Positions 50,217-64,000 of a stretch of 64,000 nt of DNA are shown piece after piece. The notes under the pieces are model-generated. The model did not search any database and had not been told where the DNA came from. It was given only the letters and a program-made list of their open reading frames with translations. The first letter of the stretch is position 1; each line of letters starts with the position of its first letter. A program made the translations under genes and the position numbers. The DNA lies in assembly GCA_964016885.1 (NCBI GenBank), contig OZ024747.1, positions 15,066,001-15,130,000 of the forward strand, written 5' to 3'. The stretch is from Eledone cirrhosa (lineage: Eukaryota).

Positions 50217-50379
50217 ATATCTATATATATATAAAATTATATATCATATAAATATATATATTTATATATTTATTAAATTATATATTATATAAATATCTCA
50301 GTGTGTGTGTATTTCACATTGCTCCAGTGGTCCAATTCAATCAGCTGTAGAAATGAGCTGCATTATTACTAGTACTAAG

Positions 50380-50747
50380 GCGGTGGATTGGCAGTATCGG
50401 TAGAGGGTCGGACGCCATTCTTTCCAGCATAGTTACGTCCCTTTACGATCTGAGTTCAAATCCCGCCGAGGTTGACTCTGCCTTTCATCCTTGCGGGGTC
50501 GATAAAATAAAGTACCAGTAATGCACTGGGTAATTGCTGGCCTTGTGCCTAAAGTAGAAACAATTATTAGCAGTATCAGTAGAGGGTCGGACGCCATGCT
50601 TTCCAGCATAGTTACGTCCCTTTACGATCTGAGTTCAAATCCCGCCGAGGTTGACTCTGCCTTTCATCCTTGCGGGGTCGATAAAATAAAGTACCAGTAA
50701 TGTACTGGATAATTGCTGGCCTTGTGCCAAAGGTAGAAACAATTATT
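50380..50747 (+). mobile_element. Head-to-tail dimer of Nin/Deu-like SINE with one 18-bp TSD, nested in an older SINE
   Basis: Monomers 50380-50568 and 50569-50747; attattactagtactaag at 50362-50379 and 50742-50759. Confidence 0.9.
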
Positions 50748-51037
50748 ACTAGTACTAAGCTGGCTCAGCCTTTGAGTTTCCCTTGCTCAATATCGGCGTT
50801 GTAGAGAAGGGAGCCCGTCATACATGACCGACCGCTAGACTTCCACATATCACCTCGCCCAAGCTTCTGTCACGGAGGTGAACTCTCTATGTGCAAAACC
50901 CATGGAGATTCGAAACCGAAGCGGATTTTTATGTATATTTGTATACGTATATATATATATATGTATGAATGTATGTATGTGTGTGAGTGCATGTGTATGT
51001 ATACGTATATTTATATAATAATTCATGAATAAATATA

Positions 51038-51082
<45 letters not shown>

Positions 51083-51348
51083 GTGTATATATATGTATAT
51101 ATATATATATGCATATATATATATATATATATATACATATATATATGCATATATATATATATATATACATACATATATATATGTATATGTATATATATAT
51201 ATGCATATATATATATATATACATACATATATATATATATGTATATATGTGCATGTATATACGTATATATATATGTGTGTATATATTTGTGCATATATAT
51301 TTATATAAATATATATACACATATATATATATATACCTATATATATGC

Positions 51349-51382
<34 letters not shown>

Positions 51383-51391
51383 CTATATATA

Positions 51392-51451
<60 letters not shown>

Positions 51452-51851
51452 TATACATGAGAGAGTTTTTTAACCGTTTTCCGGTAAACTTGGTTCCACG
51501 GCGGCATTCGTTTTTCTGCCGTAAATGAGATCATATTATAATTCATGTTAAATTACATGGAAGTAACTGCCTGGCGAGGGGATATGTACACGCATGGCCA
51601 ACTTCAGGCCTTCCACACCAACACCTTCCCCAGCTTGTGTCTCGGTGCAAAGCGCATGGTCATTCATAAACTAATGGGACCTTTAACACACACAGTACAC
51701 ACGCACACACACACACACATATATGTATATATTTATATATATATGTGTGTGTGCGAGTATATATATATATATATATTATATATTTAAATAATATATACAT
51801 ATATACCTACATATATCTATATAGTTATATAAATATATATATATATATATA

Positions 51852-51968
<117 letters not shown>

Positions 51969-52035
51969 CTGACTTCTGATGATTTCATAAGAGTTGAACT
52001 GCCCTATCTCTGTAGAAATCATATCTATATAAAAT
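51969..52035 (+). mobile_element. Family C degenerate hammerhead copy
   Basis: tgactt CTGATGA ttt...ctgta gaaatca tatctatataaaa. Confidence 0.5.
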
Positions 52036-52326
52036 ATATATGTTTATTCTCTACTTATTGAATGCCTTAATTATATGTCGTTATTTCTGATATATTTTGA
52101 AATAAAGACATTTTATCAGTTTACATAATAACATATATTATTCGCTGTTATAGCCACTGATAAGCACGTAATACACTGATTGCAAGTGACGCTCAGCGCC
52201 GCCAGTGGACACCTTGTAAACCAGTCTACCGATTCGCGGGAAATTTAAGTGTCCGCCATGAACATATGAGGTTGTAGGCTGATTCCGTCCTCCACATTAG
52301 TGGAGGACTAGGGATATATATATATA

Positions 52327-52456
<130 letters not shown>

Positions 52457-52495
52457 TATATATATATATATGCATATATATATATATAAGTTTAT

Positions 52496-52613
52496 GCCGG
52501 GTTCAATCGGGGGTAACCACAGTAAGTAAGGTACTCAATACATAGCAGAGCATAAATATTTAATATAGAAATGGCTTCCTAATGATTTCTCCGTGTAGAA
52601 GCCATTTCTATAT

Positions 52614-52620
<7 letters not shown>
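52496..52620. mobile_element. Family C: tail plus collapsed hairpin
   Basis: ccgggttcaatcgggggtaaccacagtaagtaaggtactcaatac; tatttaatatagaaatggcttc / gaagccatttctatattaaata. Confidence 0.8.
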
Positions 52621-52644
<24 letters not shown>

Positions 52645-52818
52645 GTATATATACGTATATATATGTATATATGTGTGTGTGTGTATGTATATGTATATCT
52701 ATTTATATATATGTATATATATGTGTGTCTGTATATATATAGAGATACGTATATACGTATATATATGTGTGTGTATGTATATACACATATATATGTATAT
52801 ATATATATAATATATATA

Positions 52819-52855
<37 letters not shown>

Positions 52856-53679
52856 TATATCCTTTATTATCATACTTATATAACTGTGTTCAATGAGATT
52901 TCAAACTGCTATCAGTCATACCTGAGTAGCATCTTAAACATGTGTCATAAATCGGATCAGTACATGCCTTGGGTATTCAGAAATAGTGGAAATACTTTGG
53001 ATGTAACGTACAAGCAGTTCAAATCTGCTCGTCACCATTCACGTGGCCACGCTGATTCTGCCGGAGTATTTCCTTAAACATGCATGGCGTTGGAAATCAG
53101 TATATTCTATACGTTAGTTCTACAATCTGACATACAACTGATCGACTAACTAAATGTTGATAGTTCATACGTATGATTATATAGAAAAATGGACGTGAAG
53201 TAATTATTGAAACAAGGGTTAGTTTGTATTAAGGTGAGGGAGTAATGACGAATTTTGATCCATATGTCTCAAAGTTGAAACCAGTTGACCTGAAAATGGG
53301 CAAATGACTTCCAATGTGCCATAGTTTGTAATGATAGTATTCGTAACAGGAAGATGCAAAGACATTTATACATGTGATAATATATATATAGGTATTCGTA
53401 GATATATATGTGCGTGTGTTTGTGTATTTATATATATATTATTAATTCTGGCAATATTATTACACAAATATGACCCTCCCCAAGTATAACAATATATATA
53501 TATATGTATATATACATATATATATATGGTAAATGAATGAAGAATAACATGGATCGGCTGTACAATAGGGTTTATTTAAAGTATTAACACATTTTTCATT
53601 AGACTGGTGTGTCTAAAAACCGCATATATATCTATTCATATACATACATATATATATGTATATACATATATATATATAT

Positions 53680-53727
53680 ATTTTAAACATTAGACTTATT
53701 TATTTTATTTTATCTAATTTTATTTTA

Positions 53728-53782
<55 letters not shown>

Positions 53783-53823
53783 AAATTAGATAAACTAAAA
53801 TAAATAAGTCTAATGTTTAAAAT
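53680..53823. repeat. Fold-back palindrome centred on (TA)n
   Basis: ttttaaacattagacttatttattttattttatctaattttatttta-(TA)n-taaaataaaattagataaactaaaataaataagtctaatgtttaaaa. Confidence 0.9.
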
Positions 53824-54254
53824 TTGGCTTCGTTTATTATATACAACCAACATATACTAAAAAAAAAAAATATATATATATATATATATAAACGTACTTC
53901 TAATAAACTCATCTTTCTCGGATATATTCCACTGCTTATGTTACATAGCTGCAATATATCATGTACGTAATGCATGACATTTGACCATTGAGAAATATTT
54001 AACCGAATATGAAATTGTAATGTAATTTTTTCTGATCTATCTTTTGTTTATGAGCATTGATTTTGCTGTTTTAGCCATTTTCTTTATAGCAATCCTTTTA
54101 TCTACAATTTGAAAATGGCTTTTATTATGCATATATATCCCTACACAGTCATACATATTCATATATATGTATGTATACATATAAGTATGTATACATGAAC
54201 AACTTAGCGGACACGAAAATGAACTGTGGTAAGGAATTTTTTCTCATATCAAAG

Positions 54255-54572
54255 TTTAATGGGCTTCCACTGACTATTTATAAGTGCCCACCTAAATATT
54301 TTCTTACATGAAAATATGTTAGGCTTCTACATAAACTGGAAACATTCTCCAAACTTGTAGAAAACATATAATGAAACAATTGTTTGGAAAGAGATATATA
54401 TTTTAACTTTAATTATATCTCATATAAAATAATACAACTGGCTTTCCACAAAATACATTTAGTTAGCACCCCAAACACTTAAATTGGGTTTATACTAACG
54501 TATAACCTAATGTTTGTTGAGTGAGATGGTTACCAGTCGGAGTTTAACTTAAAGCTATCTCTGTTATTGTAT

Positions 54573-54580
<8 letters not shown>
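54255..54580 (+). mobile_element. Family E mini-element with core-mutated long-stem-II hammerhead
   Basis: ttcca|CTGACtA|tttataag ... catataat|GAAA caatt GTT|tggaa (54265-54389). Confidence 0.75.
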
Positions 54581-54638
<58 letters not shown>

Positions 54639-55137
54639 TGTGTGTGTGTGTGTGTGTGTTATCATTTATTGTGGCCGTGTTGTGGGCTATGGAGTTTCTC
54701 GTGTGTGCTCACCGGATCGTTAGTGTAACTAAGCTCAACACATAGCGATAATATCTAAACTTCCGTATTGATTGTCTACTCATTCTCATGTCTTACTAAT
54801 ATGCGAATTTATATATAATTGTATATAGCTATATACTTATATATATATACATATGATATATATATATATATATACATATATATATTATATAAATATATAT
54901 AAATTATATATATATATATACATATGATATATATATATACATATATATATTATATAAATTTATATATATTATATATATATATATTTATATATATGTATTA
55001 CACTGCATTGCATATAAAATTACTTGTGCATAAACATATTTCTCTTAAAATACCTGCAGGATTTTTGGATTTCTTTTCCAAGCATACCTACTCCGCCTCT
55101 CGTCATGCATCGAGTACTAGCCTAGGAAAGGAGAATT

Positions 55138-55165
55138 TACGTTTCGGACACTAGTCCGTCATCAG
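55138..55165 (-). ncRNA. Minimal hammerhead core (stem I not evident)
   Basis: Minus strand CTGATGA c ggac tagt gtcc GAAAC GTA. Confidence 0.55.
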
Positions 55166-55260
55166 GAGATAGAATGAGTAATAAAAGATGAAAATCAGAT
55201 AAGAAAGGATTGGAGAAAAACATTTTGAGTAAATATATATGTGTGTTCACTGAGGCAAGT

Positions 55261-55346
<86 letters not shown>

Positions 55347-55351
<5 letters not shown>

Positions 55352-55415
55352 AAGAGGGTGTGGTAAGATACCAGGTGTTACCGTAACGCATCAGAGTACT
55401 CAATACTTAGGGTAC
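55347..55415 (-). mobile_element. Family A-related tail in (TA)n
   Basis: gggtgtggtaagataccagg...cagagtactcaatacttagggta. Confidence 0.7.
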
Positions 55416-55466
<51 letters not shown>

Positions 55467-55614
55467 TTAACATAAATCAATGTATTTGATAAACACAAAT
55501 ATCCTCATATTTATGTTTGTATTGTAAATGACCAAGTTAGCTAGATAGAAATATACTAATAATAATATTACAGTTTGCCTATCATGACTATATATATATA
55601 TACATATATATATG

Positions 55615-55743
<129 letters not shown>

Positions 55744-55784
55744 ATATATATATATATGTATATATATATCTATATATATATATA

Positions 55785-55882
<98 letters not shown>

Positions 55883-56446
55883 CATACATATGTGTGTTTG
55901 TGGCTGTGCATGTATTTCTGTGTATGAATTTCTTTGTGTAATATTTAACAACTATTTGTCTTGTTTTCAACTAATTCATCCTAAAAGAAATCTGCAAGAA
56001 AACAAAACCAATTTTAATATTTCGACGTAAATAGCGCGTAACTACATGATTTCACATTATCATAGAAAATGTAGGAATTGTAAAATTCAGATTTTTACCT
56101 AATTCAGTCACTGATAAACATCACTTTTTACACCTATATTTCTATATATTACTCTCCTTTCCCTCTTCCTCTCTCAATCTGTCTCTTTCTCACTCTCACT
56201 CTTTCTCTGTCTCTCACTCTCTTAAATACTCGCTGTTTTTCTATGTAGTATACACAAACAAACTCAAACAACAAACTAATATGACGAGACATGGTTGTTT
56301 TCATTGTTCATCCTTACAGATCTGGCTCTAGTTTTACATACTCAGCGACATGTTATAAGAAAAGACAAATTTCGCTTTCTTTCAATGTGATATGCATATC
56401 TACACTACATCATCTTCTAATTATAAGTCCTCCCTTTATATTAGTG

Positions 56447-56650
<204 letters not shown>

Positions 56651-57064
56651 TGTGTGTGTGTGTATACTGAACGTGGTGGAAGGGAATGATAGGAAAATGT
56701 TAAATACATTCGCCGGATGTTTCGTTGTTCATCCAGACGTCAGTATTTCATATAATAATAATTGTCCAAGCTTGGCAGTATTTCAACGAATAAAGCATAT
56801 TTGCATTAAAAGGCTGATATATTTATACCACACATTCTTACACTGATGAGTTAGAGATAGCAATCAAAACATAGACATGTGAATGGCTTAATTTTACTTA
56901 TATTTTAATAATATTCTTATTGTTTCGAAAATGTTGGCGTTATGTCCGTGGATGGATATTACATATCATTGGAGCATTATTGACAGTAGGGCATACATTG
57001 TTTCTGTATTATATTCACATTTATATGTATATATATATCATCATATCTCATTTCTTCATCTGAA

Positions 57065-57182
57065 TGAATTGGAGCAATATGAAATATAGTGTCTTGCTCC
57101 AGGACAGAACGCATTAACCGGTACACGAATCGAACTAACAATCTCAAAATTGTGAATTCATCAACTCTCTGACCAGGTGCCT
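57065..57182 (-). mobile_element. CORE-like SINE head, degenerate
   Basis: ggagcaatatgaaatatagtgtcttgctccaggac...gaatcgaact. Confidence 0.65.
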
Positions 57183-57434
57183 CCTGGCATATATATGTGT
57201 GTGTCTGTGTGTGTGTGTGTGTATCTGTGTTCAGACCTAGAGAGAGGAAAGTTTCTACCAGGTCTCAAATGTCCGAGAAACCCTTATGCCACTACACCGC
57301 CACTAAGAGTTTGAGCATACATATGTACAACACAATATGTGTAGATGTATATGCATCCATCGCAAAGGGACGCATTCACTCAACCCACCTCAAATTATCA
57401 GCTGGAGAAACATGAAATACTGCATTCTATGCAC

Positions 57435-57765
57435 ATGCAGAGTGTATATAATAAAAAAAAAACGAGGAATTTTCGTTTACAAATGAAATATTTATTGCGT
57501 ATCGACCTGTTACGTGCATTTCGAGGATTGGCTCATAGGGGATATGGACCCGACTCCAGTATCGATCTGCTCCTCAGTCCGGTGAAGCCACAAAAAAATA
57601 TATTTTTTGACGCATCAGCAGTCAGAAGAGCAGAACAATACTGGAGTCGGGTCCATAAACCCTATGGCTCAAATTGAACCAATCCTCTACGAAACGCGCG
57701 TCACTGGTCGAAAAGACAATAAATATTTTTCATATGTAAACGAAACATCCTCGTTTTTTTCTATG
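57435..57765. mobile_element. Family H: about 120-bp inverted repeat, each arm a long-stem-II hammerhead
   Basis: + arm cagt|CaGAAGA|gcaga ... tctac|GAAA cgcgc GTC|actg (57619-57706) then AATAAA; the - arm (about 57500-57576) keeps CTGAGGA. Confidence 0.65.
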
Positions 57766-57842
57766 ATATATATATATATATATATCACGAGGTTATATAT
57801 AGATATATATATATATAACCTCGTAGCTCATTTTTCAATACA

Positions 57843-57922
57843 GTGAAATAAAGTGTCATGCTGAAGAACACAATGCATTGCACGGTCCGAGAATCAAAAT
57901 CACAAACGTTTGATTGTGAATA
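57843..57922 (-). mobile_element. CORE-like SINE fragment
   Basis: gtgaaataaagtgtcatgctgaagaacacaatgc...gagaatcaaaatcacaa. Confidence 0.55.
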
Positions 57923-57997
57923 CAATATATATATATTTACTTATACATACACATATTTATCTATTTGTCTATCTATCTTTATATCTATCTATATCTA

Positions 57998-58116
57998 TAA
58001 TTGTTTCTACGTTAGGCACAAGGCCAGCAATAACCCAGTACATTACTGGTACTTTATTTTATCGACCCCGTAAGGATGAAAGGCAAAGTTAACCTTGGCG
58101 GGATTTGAACTCAGAA
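57998..58116 (-). mobile_element. Nin/Deu-like SINE, 5'-truncated
   Basis: Reverse-complement core with B box; atctatatctataat on both flanks. Confidence 0.85.
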
Positions 58117-58528
58117 TGGCTATATATATAACTCAGAATATCTATATCTATAATATCAGATAGGGGTGTATTAGATTACCAGGTAGACCATAATATATAT
58201 ATGTGTGTGTGTGGGTGAGAGAGTGTGTAAATATATATTATATATATATACATATGTATATATATATATGTATATATATACATATGTATATATATATATA
58301 TATAATATATATATTTATACACTCTCTCAGCCACACACGCATACATATATATATATATTATATATATATATATATATATACATAATATATGTATATATAA
58401 TATATATGAATGTATTATATATATATATATATGTGTGTATATATATATATACATATATATAAATACATATATATATATACATACATTTATATATATATAT
58501 ATATATACATATATATACATATGTATAT

Positions 58529-58586
<58 letters not shown>

Positions 58587-58588
58587 GT

Positions 58589-58652
<64 letters not shown>

Positions 58653-58654
58653 GT

Positions 58655-58685
<31 letters not shown>

Positions 58686-58823
58686 GTATATATATATAGT
58701 ATATATTGTATATATCATATATATATATAATATATATGAATATTATATATATGTATAAATATATATGAATATATATGTATAAATATATATGAATATATAT
58801 GTATAAATATATATGTATATATG

Positions 58824-58888
<65 letters not shown>

Positions 58889-58965
58889 GAATATATATAT
58901 ATATAATATATATATATCATTCTATGTACAGTATATATTATATATAATATATATATATATTCTAA

Positions 58966-59026
<61 letters not shown>

Positions 59027-59118
59027 TATATCAACTAGAAATAGATTGACATATATATATATGAAAAATACATTTGGAACATGTCTCTCAGACATGACAA
59101 CCCTTAATTTAATTTTGG

Positions 59119-59246
<128 letters not shown>

Positions 59247-60015
59247 TGAACACACATATATCTGTGTATTATTCATAAATCTAGAAATGTGCCTGCTTGT
59301 GCGCCTGGGTATTTGCAAACTATATATATGTATATACATGTGTGTGTGCCTGTGTATGTGTGTGCGCTTGCGTACGTGTGTGTGTGTTTGTGTGTATCAT
59401 TCATTTGACTGTAGCCTTGCTGGGGCATTGCCTGCGAGCTTTTATTATATCAATCACATCGTCTCCTATATCTATTTAATAAGCTACTTATTTTATTGGT
59501 CTGATTCTTCCTACCGTCATATTACGACATATTACGACATATAAACACCGGTTTCTGCTTTGACCCGTGCAATAGTAAGCCTATAGACAGCCATGCACGC
59601 ACGTTAGTCTGTCATTTCTACTAGTCCTCCTTTTTCTTTTTTTGTCTTTTTCCATCTTCCTCTTTCTTTCACGTCATTCTTTCTAGGTTCCCACTTTCCA
59701 CCTACAGTCTGAAGATTATTGCGTAACCTACAAAGTTTCTGTTGAAACCTGGAGGCACTCGGTAGTGAAGTGAGCTTGTACATAAATACATGTAAATGAA
59801 TGTATGTGTGTAAATATGTATGTATATATTTTTGCATGTATGCATGTGCATGTATGCATATATATATATATAAGGACTAACTTTATTCATATGTAACCCA
59901 TTTGCAACCACGCACCACGTTTGTTTATATATATATATGTGTGTGTGTGTGTGTATATGTCTGTGTGCGTGTGTGTGTGTGTGTACATACAGATATATAC
60001 ACAAATTCATATGCA

Positions 60016-60057
<42 letters not shown>

Positions 60058-60067
60058 AATATATATG

Positions 60068-60098
<31 letters not shown>

Positions 60099-60142
60099 AA
60101 TTTATATATATATAATATATATACATATATATATATATATAT

Positions 60143-60279
60143 AGGAACGAGTAGGACCCCGACGGCTGAGCTCAAGCCGTCTCGATGGCTAATTCTGGAC
60201 TATTACCCACTCTACTACCCTAAGTATTGAGTACTTTGGTGCGTTATGGTCCACCTGGTTCCTTACCACATTTCCTTCG

Positions 60280-60282
<3 letters not shown>
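60143..60282. mobile_element. Family A: one arm fused to tail
   Basis: gaccccgacggctgagctcaagccgtctcgatggctaattctggac|tattacccactctactaccctaagtattgagtac...cttcgtta; (TA)n on both sides. Confidence 0.8.
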
Positions 60283-60360
<78 letters not shown>

Positions 60361-60858
60361 GACATAGACATGTATACCATAAGCATCGAATAAAAATATA
60401 TAAAAAAATGTTTTGTTTTTATTGATTTACTTGTACACTTGTGCAAGTCATATGAGTGCTGTCTCGTAGTGACTGTGGTTTCACGGCTTTTAATCAAATG
60501 TAGTTCGCTCCATTACATAGACATTCAATACCATGCCATACAAGAGTAAGGTAAAGCAGGGATGAAGTCACTACACCAGTAAGTAGGATGAAGCAAGGGG
60601 TAATTTTAAATCGTTATATGGGACTGATAGTTAGATGAGGGAGGGTAGCGTAGGGCTTACTTATTTACACGGGTACACAGACACACATGCGTGCGTACGA
60701 ATACAGATACAGATGGAGAGTTAGAGAGAGAGAGAGTAAGAGAGAGATTCACACCCCAGCGGCCTTAAATCAGAGTGTGACTTACTTTGATCCTCGTTTG
60801 ACCTGTCGTAACTATTCATGTTTTCCAGAGAATATATATACTGTGTGTGTGTGTGTGC

Positions 60859-60913
<55 letters not shown>

Positions 60914-61087
60914 CATTAGTCAATAGACAGCTTTTACTTGCTCTGTTGTATATGTAATTGTGTTCGAAAACATACAAACAAACACCCGCACACACAGGAG
61001 CACACACACATCGAAGCGCACACAAAAATACACAGCTTTCATATATGTATATGTGTGTGTGTGTGTTTGTATGTTTGTGTGTCTGTG

Positions 61088-61370
61088 CTTGTATGAATGT
61101 GGTGGTGGGGTGTTTGTGCGTCTGTGTGTATTTGTATGATTGCGGAGTGTGTTTATGCGTCTGTGTATGTGTTTGTATGAGTGGGGGGGGGGGGGTTGTG
61201 CGTCGGTGTGTGTTTGTATGATTGCGGGGTGTGTTTATGCGTCTCTGTGTGTGTTTGTATGACTGTGGGGGTGTGTTTGTATGATTGCGGAGTGTGTTTA
61301 TGCGTCTGTGTATGTTTGTATGACTGTGGGGGTGTGTTTGTGCGGCGTGTGTGTCTGTTTGTATGAACAT
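61088..61370. repeat. TG-rich minisatellite
   Basis: Recurrent gtgtttgtatgattgcggagtgtgtttatgcgtctgtgt and gtatgactgtgggg units. Confidence 0.8.
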
Positions 61371-61619
61371 GTGTCTGTCTGTGAGACTGTGACTAATCTA
61401 TACACGCATATTTACAATGTTCTGAAAAAATATCTAATTAAGTTCATACATTGTTTCTTAAACGTGACACTCTGTCTATCGTCCACAAACACCTACATAC
61501 ACCATATAGCAATAAATTTGAAGTTAAACGTAAACATTTCAGCTAATAAATATATGGTTGTATCGTAGTTCAAAGTTAATATGTTTATTATTGAGTTTAT
61601 AAACAGGAGAATGTTAGCA

Positions 61620-61902
61620 TTTCCTTGTCAGACTTTTGTTTCTCTTTCTCACTCACACTCCCTTATACTCTCTCTCTCACACACATACACACACACACTC
61701 TCTCTCTCTCTTTGTTCCTTGTCAGACTATTTTTCTCTCTCTCACACACACACACTCACGTATATACTCTCTCTCTCACATACATACACACACACACACA
61801 CTCTCTCTCTCACATACATACACACACACACACTCTCTCTCTCTCTCTCTTTGTTCCTTGTCAGACTATTTTTCTCTCTCTCACACACACACACTTACGT
61901 AT

Positions 61903-61945
<43 letters not shown>

Positions 61946-62530
61946 TACACTCACTTACGTATATACTCTCTCTCTCTCACATACACTCACTCTCTCTAAC
62001 ACACACACTCACGTATATACTGTCTCTCTCTCTCAATCTCTCTCACACAGACACATATACACTCACTCTCGCTCACACTCACACTTGAGTATAGTCTCTC
62101 TCTCTCTCACTCACGTATATACTGTCTCTCTCTCTATCTCTATCCCCCCCTCTCTCTCTCTTCATTGTCTGACTATTGTTTCTCTCTCTCTCACACACTC
62201 AATTATTTACTCTCTCTCTCTTTCCCTCACCCACTCTCTCTCTCTCACCATCTCTCTCACACACTCTCACTCTCTCTCTTTCTCTCTCTCACTCAATCTA
62301 TCTCTTTCTCACACACGTATTCATTTTCTTTCTCTAACCATCTCTCTCTCTCACACTCTTTTTCTCTCTCTTACTAAATCTCTCTTTCTCTCTCTCTCAC
62401 ACACGTATTCACTCACTCTTTCTCTCTCACTAACTCACTATCTCTCTCCTTCCTTTCCTCTCCCCCCTCTCCTTCCTTTCCTCTCCCCCCTCTCTCACTC
62501 ACTCACTATCTCTCCCCCTCTCTCTCTCAC
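61620..62530. repeat. (CT)n/(CA)n compound repeat with local duplications
   Basis: ttccttgtcagact at about 61621, 61715 and 61854; cacgtatatact recurs. Confidence 0.85.
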
Positions 62531-62843
62531 GCTTTATATATTGACACGACCAATTAATGTCTTCCGTTTATAACTTAAAATGTCAATTGTTTTTCTTGTT
62601 TCCCCTACTAGTAGTACTGTTACAATTTATTATAACGATGATAGTGATTTCTAATTTAGATCAAGGCCATCAATGTATGGAGAGGGGAAGTCGGTTATAT
62701 CGATTTCAGTACTTAGTTATTACTTTAACTTATCGACCCCCGGAAGGGCGGGACATGAAATCAGAACGTAACGAACTGTAAATATACCACAAAGTATTTG
62801 TTCGACGCTCTAACATCAATCAACCACCCGAAAAATACAAAGA

Positions 62844-63443
62844 ATAATAATTGTTTCTATTTTTGGCACAAGGCCAGCAATTATCACAGTGCATTACTGG
62901 TACTTTGTTTTATCGAACCCGTAAGGATGAATGGCAAAGTTAACCTCGACAGGATTTGAACTCAGACATTAAAGGGACATAACTCGATGCTACAAAGCAT
63001 GGCGTCCGACCCTTTACTGATACTGCCAATCCAATACATAAAATATCATAATGGTTTCTTATATAGGCACAAGGCCAGCAATTTTGGGAGAGGGGAAAGT
63101 CGATTAAATCGACCCTAGTACGATACTGGTACTTTATTTTATCGATCCTGTAAGGATGAAAGGCAAAGTTAACCTCGGCAGGATTTGAGCTCAGGCCGTA
63201 AAGCGCCGTAACTCTATGCTGGAAAGCATGGCGTCCGACCCTTTACTGATACAAAGAATAATAATTGTTTCTACTTTTGGCACAAGGCCAGCAATTACGC
63301 AGTGCATTACTGGTACTTTATTTTATCGACCTCGCGAGGACGAAAGGTAAAGCTAACCTCGTCGGGATTTGAACTCAGACCGTAAAGGACAGCACCTCTA
63401 TGCTGCAAATCATGCTGTCCGATGCTCTACCGATACTGCCAAT
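62844..63443 (-). mobile_element. Three stacked Nin/Deu-like SINEs
   Basis: Copies at about 62844-63033, 63052-63250 and 63258-63443; atacaaagaataataat duplicated at 62835 and 63249. Confidence 0.88.
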
Positions 63444-64000
63444 AATAATAATTTACCTCATTCTGAGAAATGTTAGAAACATAAATCGGCGATAGAAAAC
63501 GATTTGATGATGTTGCTGTGGGATTTCAGGATACAATCAGAATTAGATCAGAATAGGCCTGACCATGTAGCTGTACTAGGATCTAAAGGGATAACTGAAA
63601 AGTATTTGGGATTGTCATAAGATCGTCATAGGAGTACTGGGTGCTATCTTGAAGAGTTTCCAAGGCTGGTTAAAGAACATTCACCCAACCTCCCCCTTTT
63701 TTTTAACTCTACAAAAATCATGACTAATGCGAATAGCAGAGATCCACTGAGGCTGCATGCAGCGGTTTGATGTTCATTTGAGCAAATTTACCGGTTAAAT
63801 AACATCAATGAGTGAGATATCAAATTCACAACGACAACACAAACATCAGCAACAAAAGGGTTGTGAACACCATAATATTAATGATTAATCAATGTCCCTT
63901 GACAGATGTTGTTGCTCTTGTTTATTTTTAGCCTTAGGTCGTCATTGATCGAGCTAACCGAGAGATCAAAAACATACAAGCAGACATCACCTTTTTCTAT

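Noticed and set aside
61581-62573. 330-aa Leu/Ser/His ORF
   Set aside because: Translation of (CT)n/(CA)n repeats.

Overview
AT-rich eukaryotic DNA with a very high load of microsatellites. The SINE repertoire and (TA)n content suggest an octopus or other cephalopod, which is an inference. There is one real protein-coding gene: an intronless SoxB2 (Sox14/Sox21-type) HMG-box transcription factor at 29909-30613, inside a repeat-poor island of about 4.5 kb. Almost all other ORFs in the track are translations of (TA)n/(TG)n/(TACA)n repeats. The rest comprises at least 15 tRNA-derived SINE copies (Nin/Deu-like, CORE-like and V-like, several with target-site duplications), 3' remnants of CR1-like and RTE-like LINEs, and a 5.7 kb compound TA satellite. 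The main unexplained signal is a swarm of short non-coding elements embedded in (TA)n tracts, from about eight sequence families. They share type I hammerhead ribozyme cores (CUGAnGA...GAAA...GUH), inverted partial copies and a short tail, which resembles Penelope-like pseudo-LTRs or retrozymes. Several hammerheads look intact. A subset has an unusual 50-90 nt insert in stem II together with a palindromic stem III. All structures were read by eye and none was folded computationally.
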